A stretch of DNA of 63,872 nt, filler included, from Aduncisulcus paluster (taxonomy: Eukaryota): NCBI GenBank assembly GCA_024181965.1. It is 9 parts of 9 records of this genome, joined end to end, with 100 filler letters (N's around TTAATTAATTAA, not from the genome) between each part and the next. Parts side by side here need not be neighbours in the genome. Positions count along the whole stretch, not along the records: positions 30,108 to 37,402 come from BQXS01011261.1; positions 37,503 to 47,681 come from BQXS01011262.1; 7 more parts are not named here. One strand, 5' to 3'. A program made the position numbers and the translations under genes. The notes beneath the pieces are model-generated. The model was not told the origin of the DNA, did not search any database, and saw only the letters and a program-made list of their open reading frames with translations. The stretch's first letter is position 1, and every line of letters starts with the position of its first letter. Shown here in pieces: positions 34,401 to 46,408 of the stretch.

Positions 34401-37082
34401 TACAAGCCTTGAAACCAATCAATTTCCTCCCACAGATACATTGACGGTCCTTGAAATCTCCCCAAGAACCACAAGCGAGTGAAAATAGATTCAAGAAGAT
34501 TACAAGAGTCAACGTAATGGGCGGATCATCTAGATTCATATTCAAGGGAGCAAACGCATCGGCATGATCAAAAATACCTTTGGAGGGATCAAGAAACTCC
34601 GACGACGGCTTCTCAGCAGTAGTAGTAAACTCAGAGCAGTCAGACCTGGGAACATCCTCGCTTGATGCTGGATCCATCACTTTCTCCATATCTCTCTGGG
34701 ATTCCTCCTTGTCTGCCTTCTTCCTCTCCTCCTCTCTCTTCTTCTCCTCCTCTTTCTCTCTCTCTCTGTTTTTGCTTTTCCTTTCTTTGTTTCTCTTCAG
34801 CTCTTCTCTCTTCCTTCTCTTCCTCACTCAATGATCTCCAAGCCTTTAGCAACTCTCTGAATTTGAGTGATTGAAGGGCAGGGAGGATGGATAACAGCAT
34901 GAGTTTATCTGTCATCATTGACGTATGACTANNNNNNNNNNNNNNNNNNNNTAGTAGTAAACTCAGAGCAGTCAGACCTGGGAACATCCTCGCTTGATGC
35001 TGGATCCATCACTTTCTCCATATCTCTCTGGGATTCCTCCTTGTCTGCCTTCTTCCTCTCCTCCTCTCTCTTCTTCTCCTCCTCTTTCTCTCTCTCTCTC
35101 TGTTTTTGCTTTTCCTTTCTTTGTTTCTCTTCAGCTCTTCTCTCTTCCTTCTCTTCCTCACTCAATGATCTCCAAGCCTTTAGCAACTCTCTGAATTTGA
35201 GTGATTGAAGGGCAGGGAGGATGGATAACAGCATGAGTTTATCTGTCATCATTGACGTATGACTAAAGTAACTTACATTGAGCACAAACGAAAGAAGGAA
35301 TGGAGTCTTGCCAGCAGCAGCCACCTCTTCGAAATGCCTCACAGACATCCGCCCCAGTGATGGTAGACTCATCGAAGATAGAGCGTACCCACAGTAAGAA
35401 ACATTCTTCTTCACAAGAGCAGCCAGATAGGAACATCCACATCGGAAATCATCATCAGGGACAAGAATAAAGCGCGATGAAGAAAATGTCTCAGATGAGG
35501 GAGTTGAGGTGGGTTCAAGTCCACAAGAATCGCATCCAGGGCCATCAGAAGTTAGATTTGAATGATAACTTGAACTTGAGTGAACTTTCTTCTTCTTCTT
35601 CTCAAGACTTTTCTTTTTCTTGGCTCTTGCACGCATTTTTCTAAGTTCGGCATTCATAGATTCTATGGGAAGAGAAGCCCCGTCAGAGATATGAATGGCA
35701 ATATTACAAACAGGGACATCATCCCTAACGGTCCATGACAAGTCAACAGCATTTTCTAAGCCGAATACATTGTGTACATTGGAACTAGGAATTTTTAAAC
35801 GTGTATATCCATCCTCTTCTTCCTCCCCCTCCTCTTCATCTTCATCAAAACAATCGACTTGCTCTGCCCTTCTTTTCTCTTCTTTTCTTCTCGTGGTATC
35901 TTCTTCAGGGCTCGACCTATCGATGATCTCGTCAAACATATTCAACATGTCTGGATGGAAAGATTGCTGAGGATCATGACACAAACAGAGGGAGGCCAAA
36001 AGGAAGTGAAAGAGACCGAGAACAGTGTCAGCATTGAAATCATGGACAATGACTTCATCAGATACATATGTAGGATCAAGCCCAAGAGCTTTCCCACGGC
36101 TTGAAATTGTGACTTTGCCATCACTTCCTCGCATCCAAGAGGAGAGAGGAATGCGATCCTTTACATAGGACTCCGGAAAGCCTACAAGACGATGAAAATT
36201 GAATAAAGTAGTGTCTAAACCAAGAGAAGTCGGCACGGGACCAAATCCATTGGCACCATTCTGAACTATATTGTGAATGCGAGAGATAAACGTTGGCTTA
36301 AGGTCTGAATGTATGAAGGCTTCACCCACAGTCATAGAATTGGACACCCTTGTCCCAGACTTAGCCTTTTGCTTGAAAGATTGCCGGAATCTTTCAAACA
36401 TTTTCTTATGCAACGTTCTATATTGTAACAAGCCACAATAATCCTCAACATTATCAACAACCATATTTTTATATACAACTGAAGCAACTCTGAATGTTAA
36501 TCCATATGGATCTGCCGAAAATTTTGGGATAAGCCTCATTAAAGACTGAGTAAAAAAATGAGAAAACAAAAAAGCAGAAGGGCTGGCATGAATGATAATA
36601 GCAAGATCTACATGAGATGTTTGATGAACAAGACGATGAAGGAGCTTTTGAAGTGATAAAATGCGATGATAAACATCCAAAACTGTTTGAATGAGATGCT
36701 TATCAATAAAATAAAAGGGATCATTAAATCCCATTGGAGTAAGTGTAAACAATTTTGAAAAATCTTTCCGAATCCGTCTCACAGCATTGTCAAAGTCAAT
36801 TGGAGGAGGAATTTCAGGGATAATTTTAGTGGATTTAATAAGAGTATCTACATGAATTTTACACCAATGCCGGAGAAATAAAAAGTAATTTGTCGAATCA
36901 ACTACCCGTCTAAACGAAGTAAAAAATGTACAATGAGAAGGGATTGCAGTTTCGTCATAAGTAATGGATTCATCTTGACAGTCTTGTTTTTTTGATTGGA
37001 TTTTACATTTATCCACCCTTTTCATTGATTTGATCAATGTGAAGAGAAATAAACGTGTCAAATTACGTTGAATTAGGGGCAA
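31414..37082 (-). CDS. Very large protein (about 1780 codons after merging; start uncertain) with Cys-rich region and fragmented alpha-kinase-like C-terminal domain
   Basis: The 717-aa and 1137-aa ORFs join exactly in frame using the right-hand overlap copy. Motifs KHPFSEGSKFLVHRA, MSIAATFARHF, AFVLQSFLG, LFSSWVYKNTQGMFKISSFAG. Confidence 0.7.
34620..35265. other. Assembly overlap duplicated around a 20-N gap; copies differ by one CT unit
   Basis: 34620-34931 vs 34952-35265: (CT)6 in the left copy, (CT)7 in the right copy. Confidence 0.9.
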
Positions 37083-38221
37083 TTTCTTTTGCTCTTGAAA
37101 TGTTAAGTAAAATTATAAATAATACAAGTATATCACTTAAAAATATAAATTATATTTTATTTGGGAAAAAGATTTAATTAAAATGCTTCTAATTTCATAG
37201 ATAAATAAAAAAATACTCACAGCCAAGTTTTTAAAGAAAAAGAAGTGTTAAAATATGAGCAAGATAATATTGTTTTCACCCAAAAATATTTAAAAACTTA
37301 ATCATCCCGTGGATCCACTGGAAGCCTCGCTCGCCCTGGGAAAAAATCATCACCCGCCATTTGGGCGATCGACATCAATTCACCCCTTCCTATTGCTTGC
37401 TGNNNNNNNNNNNNNNNNNNNNNNNNNNNNNNNNNNNNNNNNNNNNTTAATTAATTAANNNNNNNNNNNNNNNNNNNNNNNNNNNNNNNNNNNNNNNNNN
37501 NNAATAGTATGATTGTATTGACTTTAGGAAAAGATTCTTAACAGAATCGTGTGATGACATTGTCAATAAAATATGAAAATGATAGGAAGGACGATGTAAT
37601 ATAATACAAAAATAATAAAAGAATAAGAAAAATTAAAGGGGTGATTATTTTTTTCAAGGAAAACAGAGATTATTGGTGCCTAAGCCAGACCAAAAAAAAT
37701 GAAATTGAAAAAACAAAAAACTGCAACAAAACACAGATTTGGCTTAAAATGAAAAATACCACAAATTCAAATCCTGGGATATAGAATAAAATTAATTATC
37801 ACGGAAAAAATGAAGTGGCTTGTAATTGAGAACTTGGTGGTTCCTATTTCCTTTAAAATCGTAAGTATGTATAGAAAGGTCTGATGAATCAACATAATAC
37901 GATTTTTACAGGTGAAATCATAATAAAAATCATTATTTTTTGTGCTATGTCGAATCAAAAGGTCAAGTTCATTGAATTAAGCTGTTAAATGAACAAATAT
38001 TTTCAAACTCGGTAATATGATATACTATGTAGTGTTTTTTGGGATTATTGTACGGCCATTTTTTCCTACGATCTCAAATAGATACATAAGTAGATTTGCA
38101 TGAGCAAACTTCGTTTTTGATATATTCAGTGAAGTTGGATCTATTTTTTTGACACATTTTCCTTAAATATTTGTTCATATTTATTTTTTAGAGTTATTAG
38201 TTTGATATTTTATTGTTTTAA

Positions 38222-40237
38222 ATGAGCGAAGGCTCAGACTGGATTATAGGTTTTGTTACCGGATCAATTGGCTATGTTGTTTCTAATTTAGCTGTTAATT
38301 TACAAAAATTATCACATCAAAGGGAGGAATTAAGGAGCTTGAATCGTCGGCGAGCCTATTTTTGTCAACCTTGGTGGATTCTTGGAATCAGCCTTCTTGT
38401 GGTCGGAACCATTTTAACTATTGTTGCTTTATCATATGCACCAACCACAATTACTGCGCCTTTGGCAAGTATAGGTCTTTTATCTAATTTAATATTCGTT
38501 GTTGTTATCAACAAAGAAAAACTCACATGGCGAGATATTGCTGGAACCTTATTAATTGGTATTGGAACAGTTGGAACTACATTAGCCGCAGATAAAACTG
38601 CTACTGTTATTGATTTGGATTATATTCTCAATCGGTTCGGCAGTGTGATCGTCATTTTATACATTTGTTTTTTACTATGCGTTTCAATCGTATTATATTC
38701 AATTCTTCGAATTCAATTATCAAAAGCTCTGCGATCTCGTGAAGCTTACGTTGTTGGAAGAAAACTTCTTCAAATGAGAGAGGAAGATGAGCGGCAGAAG
38801 AATGAGATGCTTCAAACTCTACGAAAACATTATTTTATTCCCAATTTAGATCAATTTTCCATGTCTTTACCAGCTTCTCTATCACCGAATGGCTCTCCAC
38901 GTGATGGATATCCCAATGGAGATACTGCTGCTGCTCGCAAAAAGAGGCAATTTCCATTCCATTCATGTCCACCCCTTGCCCATGTTACTTCTCCCATAAG
39001 CACGGGTGACTTGTCTTCTCCTGGTACTGCCTCATCGCGTCGGTCTGATGAAATTCATTCCGATGGTTCTCCCATCCGTGATATTATTCGACTTCCCCAT
39101 GTTCTAAATGCATCTACCCTTCATCGGGAGCATGATGCCCACAGCGATTCGGGTGCTTCCAATTCATTTTCGTCGTGTCTTCCCATCGTGCGACAGAGTG
39201 CACTTGTGATGAGTCAAGTTTCCTCAACTCCTTCTCAATCGTACGATGGAAGTGAGATTGGTGGAAGATACGGTGGAGATAACTCAATGACTACTGGAAT
39301 GCAAGTCGAGGAAGGGAAGGGTGAGGAGACAAAGGGTGAGGAGACAAAGGGTGATGGGAAGAAGGTTGGAGGGAAACCTGGTGAACTTGAATCTCCTGCA
39401 ACGAAAACAAAAGGTTTAGGAAAGAAGGATAAAAAGTCCAAAAAGCAGAAATCAAAGAAAGGTGGACATGCCCAACATTCTTCTTTTGAGGGAACATCGG
39501 CTTCTGTGGCAGGTTCGAAGGGTATGTCAATTAGTTCCGTAATTTCACCCCTTGAGAGGGATTCTGGTCCTCCAAGGCGAATCGAAGATGGGAAGAAAAA
39601 AGTTTCCGGATGCTCAACTTTATCTGAAGGGTCAAATCTGAAGCAGACTATGAATATCTCCTCTGTTGAGAATATTGGTAGTGACAATTCCATTGAATCT
39701 GCCTCAAAGAATGCCGGAACAACTGGGAAAGATGATGAAACTGAGGAAGAAATTGAAAATGATGAATTAACCCAATTACGGAACCATATTCCGATGAAAT
39801 GGTTTTTCCTCTTACGTCTTATTATTCCTTTCATTGCTGGATTATTTGGAGGTTTTTCTGTTCTTTTTTCCAAATGTCTGGGTGAATTGCTGACATTTAC
39901 ATTCACATACGATGAAAATCAGTTCAATCATGCCGTTCCCTGGATAATCATGGTTGGTGCTGTGTTTGTTACGATCCTTCAAGTCCATTTTCAGAATATC
40001 GGGCTAATTTTATTTACTGCAACTTATTTTGTTCCGGCATTCCACGTATGTTGGACTGTTTTTAGCATTTTAATGGGGGCCATTTTCTTCCAGGAATTTG
40101 GAGGAATGGTCGGGTGGCAAATCGCGATGTTTATTCTTGGTTTTCTTTCCATCATCTGTGGTGTTATTCTCATTTCTCTGAAAAGAATGGAGAATGACAT
40201 CCAAAACAGGACCGATGAGATTGCACAAAATGATTGA
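38222..40237 (+). CDS. NIPA/DMT-family magnesium transporter with large low-complexity cytoplasmic insertion
   Basis: AVNLQKLSH, QPWWILG, ALSYAPTTITAPLAS, KEKL, FSVLFSKCLG, QVHFQNIGL, IFFQEF. Confidence 0.88.
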   Translation: MSEGSDWIIGFVTGSIGYVVSNLAVNLQKLSHQREELRSLNRRRAYFCQPWWILGISLLVVGTILTIVALSYAPTTITAPLASIGLLSNLIFVVVINKEKLTWRDIAGTLLIGIGTVGTTLAADKTATVIDLDYILNRFGSVIVILYICFLLCVSIVLYSILRIQLSKALRSREAYVVGRKLLQMREEDERQKNEMLQTLRKHYFIPNLDQFSMSLPASLSPNGSPRDGYPNGDTAAARKKRQFPFHSCPPLAHVTSPISTGDLSSPGTASSRRSDEIHSDGSPIRDIIRLPHVLNASTLHREHDAHSDSGASNSFSSCLPIVRQSALVMSQVSSTPSQSYDGSEIGGRYGGDNSMTTGMQVEEGKGEETKGEETKGDGKKVGGKPGELESPATKTKGLGKKDKKSKKQKSKKGGHAQHSSFEGTSASVAGSKGMSISSVISPLERDSGPPRRIEDGKKKVSGCSTLSEGSNLKQTMNISSVENIGSDNSIESASKNAGTTGKDDETEEEIENDELTQLRNHIPMKWFFLLRLIIPFIAGLFGGFSVLFSKCLGELLTFTFTYDENQFNHAVPWIIMVGAVFVTILQVHFQNIGLILFTATYFVPAFHVCWTVFSILMGAIFFQEFGGMVGWQIAMFILGFLSIICGVILISLKRMENDIQNRTDEIAQND

Positions 40238-42779
40238 ACTTGAATTTAGATAATTATTGACTGACGCCCATATATGCGGGTTATTGCTCGTGAAGCGAGA
40301 GAATTAGCTGATGAACGAAAATTATTACCCATCATGGAAGAGCGTTTATTATCACATTCCAGTCCTGCTGCCGCCACAGCTAGGGTTCTTGTCTGTCATA
40401 TCATGGGGAAGTCACGTTTGAACGTTCGTGTATTTGAGCAGTGGCGGCGATTACTTTGGATCAGGCGTTCCCAGCGACATCAAGCTGATATCTTTTTCTC
40501 TTGACAACGGTTTTCCATGATTTATTCCGTGAAAAAAATGAACTCATTTGGCCTCCACTCTGTGACCCCTGCTAATGATCATCGTAAGATGTAGGCAGGC
40601 TTCCGAGAATGGTTGTAGAATTTATTCTACGATTGTTTTTCACTTTATTCAAACTTTTTAGAATGGTGGAAGATATGATGTTCTTATAGTAAGGTTAGAA
40701 ATAGGCTGGTGTGGATAAGAAAATTTTGGTTTGTCTGGTGTGTAGTTTTGTTATTTTCACAGACATTTTATTAATGATACTCAAAGAAATTATCATTCGG
40801 AGGAATGAAAAACAATTAAAATCCATGATAATGTTACGTATCTGCAAGGGTCTTGTTGTTTCCTGTCTTTGAATCGGATTATCAATGAAGATTCAGCTCT
40901 CTTGGGACTAAATTTATTTATTTCATATTCGTTTGTGCCTCTTTTTCTCCCTCAAATGACGAATAATAAAAATTTAATCGATATATTGATAATGTGATAG
41001 ATTTTTTCAATTTGACTTCCATATATTGATGACCCAACAAATACCTCTTCATTTTAATTCGCAAAAATCTTGAAGATATGATCTTTGTAAATTTATTTGA
41101 CACACCTTCAAGTTGTTATGTGGTAATGTGAGTCATATCAGATGAGGTTGAGTGAAGCTACATCACGTTTTCTTATTCGACTTGCCAGTTTGTTATTGGA
41201 AGTTAAAGACAATGCTTAAAATCAAACAGAATTCAACAAATAAGCACATTTAAACGATAAAAAACAATATTCATTTTGGTAAATTCTATTTTTAGATTTT
41301 CTATTTTTAGATCATCAATTTCAAAATATCCTTAGAATCGTTAATTTTCGACGATTTTATCAATATTTAGTATCATTATTGTAAAATACCTTGTTCAATT
41401 GAAAATGAAAACTATTCTGAAAGAGATTAATTTTTCTCCTTGAATAAGATTCATCCTGACCCATAATATAAAGCTAAAAGTTCAGCGACAACAAATTCCT
41501 CTGATAAAGTAAGATACGAAAATCATTGTTACGATTGTCAAAAATTCAAACCATAGCTTCTCACAGTCCTCTGACGGCTAAGAGGCGATTACTTGTGAAG
41601 AGACAAAAGGATGCAGATCATTTTTGTTGTGATCTTTTGGACATTTGCACATCTCCTGAGATTATTGACTATTCAGGAGCAAATGATAGATTGATTTGAA
41701 ATAAGAAAGAACGAAGGAGTATGAGTAAATGCAATCTCTATCCGCAAGATAAATTCAAAACCTTCTCTTGAATCCCCAATATTTCTTTCTCTTGAACAAC
41801 TTATCTTCACAGAATACGTTTCACAGTTGTCTGATGAGAACAAAAAGAACCCATAAGCGAGCAAGAACTGGAATACTATTCAAGAATAGTAATAAGTTGT
41901 TACTGCTTTGATATACACTGCAAAACGGAGCTCCGTTTGAACAAAGTCAAATTATAGAAACGAATATACGATTCGAACGGTATCACTGAAGTTCAAAACT
42001 ACTTTGTCAGAGCAGGAGATTCCTGGAATCATCCTCAAATCACTTTTGATATCATGAATTGGATGTGGGCCAACTCAACAGGATATCTTTCAAAGTTTCA
42101 TCGTAGAAACGGTATCTGTGAATTTCACAACAACAAAAAAAAAAAAAGGAAGATCTCACATTAGAAATAGACCTGTGCTCCGAGGGATGGTCTTTAGAAA
42201 AGAAGCTCAAGGCGTTTGACACGAAACATCCATTCATTCAATTAAGAAACCTTCTTGCAAATCTCTGTGCAGTACAAGGAATAAAATGATCTCGCAACGG
42301 ATAGGAAGTGTATTTTTATCCCATTCAATCACAAGGGATATGGCAGTGTGCGCTCCAAATGGCGACTTTGTTGTTGGCGAAACTGGATCAAAGGAGGAAT
42401 CCCAGATGTGAAATATAACATAAAATATAAATAATTAAATAAGTGTAAAAATTTATTTGAACATTATATAAAGACGCCCCGACCCAGGATCTCCAACAAA
42501 AATCCAGGTCCATATTTTGCTTGCAGTTGTAATAATATTTGGATTGGATGCATTTTCAAGTATGTCATCCCATTTCTGGAAATAATTTGTCATCCATTTT
42601 GTTCGGAGATGAATTTTACATTGCTTATTGCTTTCGTTGCTGTTTCAACCTTCAATCTCATCCACATTCCTTTATTGCATTGTAGTCCGCTTAGGTATTT
42701 CTGTAATTCATTAATTTACCCCAAATATTCCGTATAATAATAACGACATAACATTATATTGATTCCTCTACATTCCTCA

Positions 42780-45700
42780 ATGAGAAGCACTGAAGAGTTG
42801 ACAAAAGAAATTGAAGCACTCATTGTTTCAATCAAAAGAACGGACTTTCAGTATGATCTAGTTGATCTTTATGAAGGATCACATTCTCGTCTCAAGACTA
42901 TCTTTGATGAGTTCACTTCTTCGCCCTCATCAACTGTCACATCCGCTCGAGATCTGTTCGCCCTTTGTTTCGAATGTTTGTCCTTGTTCGTGAAGCATAA
43001 AGTTACAAAAGACGATGGAACTCCAGCTGAGGATGATTTTGAGGTTATTCTGGATAGTTCTTCCATCCAGGATATGATTGACTCTTTCTTGCCTTCAATG
43101 ATCCGAGTTGAAGCTATTCTGAGAGNNNNNNNNNNNNNNNNNNNNTGACAAAAGAAATTGAAGCACTCATTGTTTCAATCAAAAGAACGGACTTTCAGTA
43201 TGATCTAGTTGATCTTTATGAAGGATCACATTCTCGTCTCAAGACTATCTTTGATGAGTTCACTTCTTCGCCCTCATCAACTGTCACATCCGCTCGAGAT
43301 CTGTTCGCCCTTTGTTTCGAATGTTTGTCCTTGTTCGTGAAGCATAAAGTTACAAAAGACGATGGAACTCCAGATGAGGATGATTTTGAGGTTATTCTGG
43401 ATAGTTCTTCCATCCAGGATATGATTAACTCTTTCTTGCCTTCAATGATCCGAGTTGAAGCTATTCTGAGAGTTGAACGAGAAGAAATGGAAGAAATGGG
43501 AAGAAGAAGAAGGAGCTGAAACTGCTGAATCTAGAGTGAATTCCATTACAAAGACATTGTTCAGCATTCTCAGTATCGCAACGAGAAGTGTTCTATCTCA
43601 ATGTATTGCCATTTTCCCCCAGATCTCCACTCTTCTCCCCAAGATGTTTATTCTTGGCCTATTTGAGAAATTCGAGGATTCTTTTGTTGAGGATATCCTC
43701 CTAACATGTAGGAATATTGCATTTGCCAAAGATGATCCCACCAAGAACTCTCTTTTATCCATTCTTCTCCCCCATATCTTGCCATGGATGAAGAAGTATC
43801 CTGATAAGAAGTTCTTTTTCTTGTGGATGAATATCTTGAAGAACATCACTCTTGATAAGGATAATACCTTCTCTGATAAAGATCGTTCCTCACAACTTTG
43901 GTTTGTCTTTTATCCTGTCTTGGCTATTATCAAGGACACTGCTTCCAAAGGTATTACATTTGATGATGATGATGTAATTCGTTGTTTATTATTCTTTAGT
44001 AACTTGAGTTGTATTCCTTCCCAAGCCATTGAAGTTCATGATTGCATTAAAGATGGTCTTATTGATAGCTGGTTTGAGATAGTGAAGAGGAAGAAAAGTG
44101 AAGGAGAGGATCCTAATTGCTGGGGAACCATATACTGGTCTAATCTCATTTCCATGTTCTCCACTGTCCCATCAATAATTCCTCAACTCTCTCCCAAATA
44201 TGATGCCAACATGGAGTGGTGTAAGAAGAATGGAGGATGGAGTGAATATTATGCAAGATATCTTGGTAATTGTTATCCTTCTCTGAAGAAATGGGTTGAA
44301 TTAGTTGAATCTATTAAGAAATGTCCTGATTCTGAATCATCCTCAATTCTCTACCACAAACACCGAGAAGATATCCTTTCTGTCTTCCTTGCATCCCAAT
44401 CAAAGAGTGAGATTGAAGAGCACAAGAAAGAGATTGTTCTTTGTGTTGAGTGTTTAAGATGGTTTGCAGGACATGACATTGCTGGAAGATATATCTGTCT
44501 CCCAATATCCGATCTCAACAATCTTATTGACACTTTCATTGATCATCTTTTAAGAATTGAGGAAATATTGGAAGAAGCTGTTTATGAAGAGTATTGTAGC
44601 ATTTGTGCTTTTTATTCTTTCAAAGTTGAAGATAAATCGGATTCTTTCCTTCTCAAGATCCTTTCCACTTTCCATCGAATTCTTGAGAGAGGAAGCAAGA
44701 AGAAGTTGTCAGGTAGTATTGTTCGATATTTACTGATAACTCTCAGAGACATCTCTTTTTCTCCCTCTACTTCCACTCGATCCTCTATTCTCACCCTTAT
44801 CAAATCATATGTCAAAGATTGGTTGAGGATGTACAATGATAGTGAGTGTTATGGACAATGGATGTATATTCTATCACATATCACCCCCTCACCTGATGGT
44901 AAACCCCCCAAAACCTCTCTTTGTTTTGAAGCTTGGCCTCTTTCCCACCTTGTTCTTGATGTTGTTAAGAGAGAGTTTGTTGGGGACAAGATTATTGAGG
45001 ATAATCACGAGGAATGTTTGCGATTCTTCTCTAACTTATGTTGTGATCCTGCACATGCTCTTGTAATCTATGATAATGTAAAGCATCTTCTTGATGGGTG
45101 GTGGCGAGTTATTAAGAGAAAAGAACATGGATTGGGAATCCACTACTGGTCTAATCTCATTTCCATGCTCTCCAATGTCCCTTTTCTTGTGCCTCAACTA
45201 TCTCCCAAATATGATGCCAACATGCTACGGTGCAAAGAAGAATGGTATTGTCCAACTCAAATCTATAACCAATACCTTTCCAACATTTCCTCCTTCGTAT
45301 CTTCTTCATATCTCTCTTCAACTCTTTTCCATTCCGTTCCAATGGTTTCATTTCTCCCATCAATTGAGACATCTTTGTGTCCTGAGAAAGATGGATATTC
45401 ATACGCTTCTCATGTATGTTCTGTTATGAATCTGCATAAAACTATTCCACATCGGGAAGACAAAATCTCTTGTTATCATGATATTATCAGTGGAAAAGAA
45501 ATGCAAATCCAACATGTGCATAAATGTGATAGATCGAGTTCTCAAGATATCCTCACACACTCTTCTCTCATTCAATTCACTTCTCCTCCCCAACACATGC
45601 TTGTAAAGATGCCACTTGATGATGAGCGATCCTTGAGACAATCTGTGTATGATCTGATTGAACGCACAGGTGGAGGTGTTGAAGTGATGTTTGAACAGGG

Positions 45701-45827
45701 ATCATTATGTTGTTCGTTTGAAAAATACGATCAAGAAACATGGAGGAAAAGAATGAAAAATGTCAAACAGAAAAGAGAAAAAGGACAATCAAAAGAAGGA
45801 AAACATTGTCATTGTCAAATTGTTTAA
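42780..45827 (+). CDS. Helical-repeat protein with internal ~337-aa duplication and C-terminal CaaX (about 899 aa after repair)
   Basis: YWSNLISM.S.VP...PQLSPKYDANM occurs twice and the protein ends KHCHCQIV. Split by a duplicated gap and an extra G at 43498-43500. Confidence 0.75.
42799..43472. other. Assembly overlap duplicated around a 20-N gap; copies differ at two positions
   Basis: 42799-43125 vs 43146-43472: C43027/A43374 (Ala/Asp) and G43080/A43427 (Asp/Asn). Confidence 0.88.
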
Positions 45828-46167
45828 ACTAATGGGATAATCTTGTTAGAGTGGAGAGAGAGAGAGAGAAGGAGATCATACAATCAAAAATGAATGATGA
45901 ATAATGGTCTTCTTAAAAAAATAGAGATTGCTCAATAACGTTGAGTAAGTATTTTTCTCGACAATGCTTTCGCGATAATATGATTCATAAGAGTTGTCAA
46001 ATTCGGTGATTAGTTGTATGTTATAAAATCACAAATAATAAAATCATCATGTCTATTATTCAACATAAGTTGCATGTGTGTGTCCCAAAAAACCAGATAT
46101 TTTGAAAAGTAATTTTTCGGTCATCTATGCACTTTGCACGATGCTTATATTTTTGAAAAACCTTTTT

Positions 46168-46254
46168 AGGTGGATAGTTCAATGGAGAATACTCGTATAT
46201 TTCTTCGAGAGAAATTATATGTGAGAGGTCCAGGTTCGATTCCTGGTTCGCCTG
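46168..46254 (+). tRNA. tRNA-like gene with 24-nt hairpin-forming anticodon region (non-canonical intron or pseudo-tRNA; identity unresolved)
   Basis: Acceptor AGGTGGA/TTCGCCT, D arm GTTC-AATGGA-GAAT, anticodon stem CTCGT/GTGAG, variable loop AGGT, T arm CCAGG-TTCGATT-CCTGG; A and B boxes intact. Confidence 0.7.
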
Positions 46255-46408
46255 TTTATTAAAGCCCAGAATAAATGTAGTTTTACTGTTTTTAATTTTA
46301 AAATTGATCTAAATTCATAATATCTGTTCGTGAATATACCTAAATTACCCAAACCAGCAGATTCTGATATTGGAGATCGATCTGGGATTTTTTCCTTGTT
46401 TGTGCATA

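Noticed and set aside
37083-37402. Upstream exon for the 37082 gene using a GTGAGT donor at 37220
   Set aside because: No phase-compatible exon/acceptor pair could be found; the start is left unresolved.
41923-41938. Perfect 16-bp palindrome AAACGGAGCTCCGTTT
   Set aside because: About one such palindrome is expected by chance in 64 kb; no other support.
40260-42620. Short ORFs and coding-like composition between the NIPA and helical-repeat genes
   Set aside because: Possibly decayed genes, but the frames have many stops and no recognisable motif.
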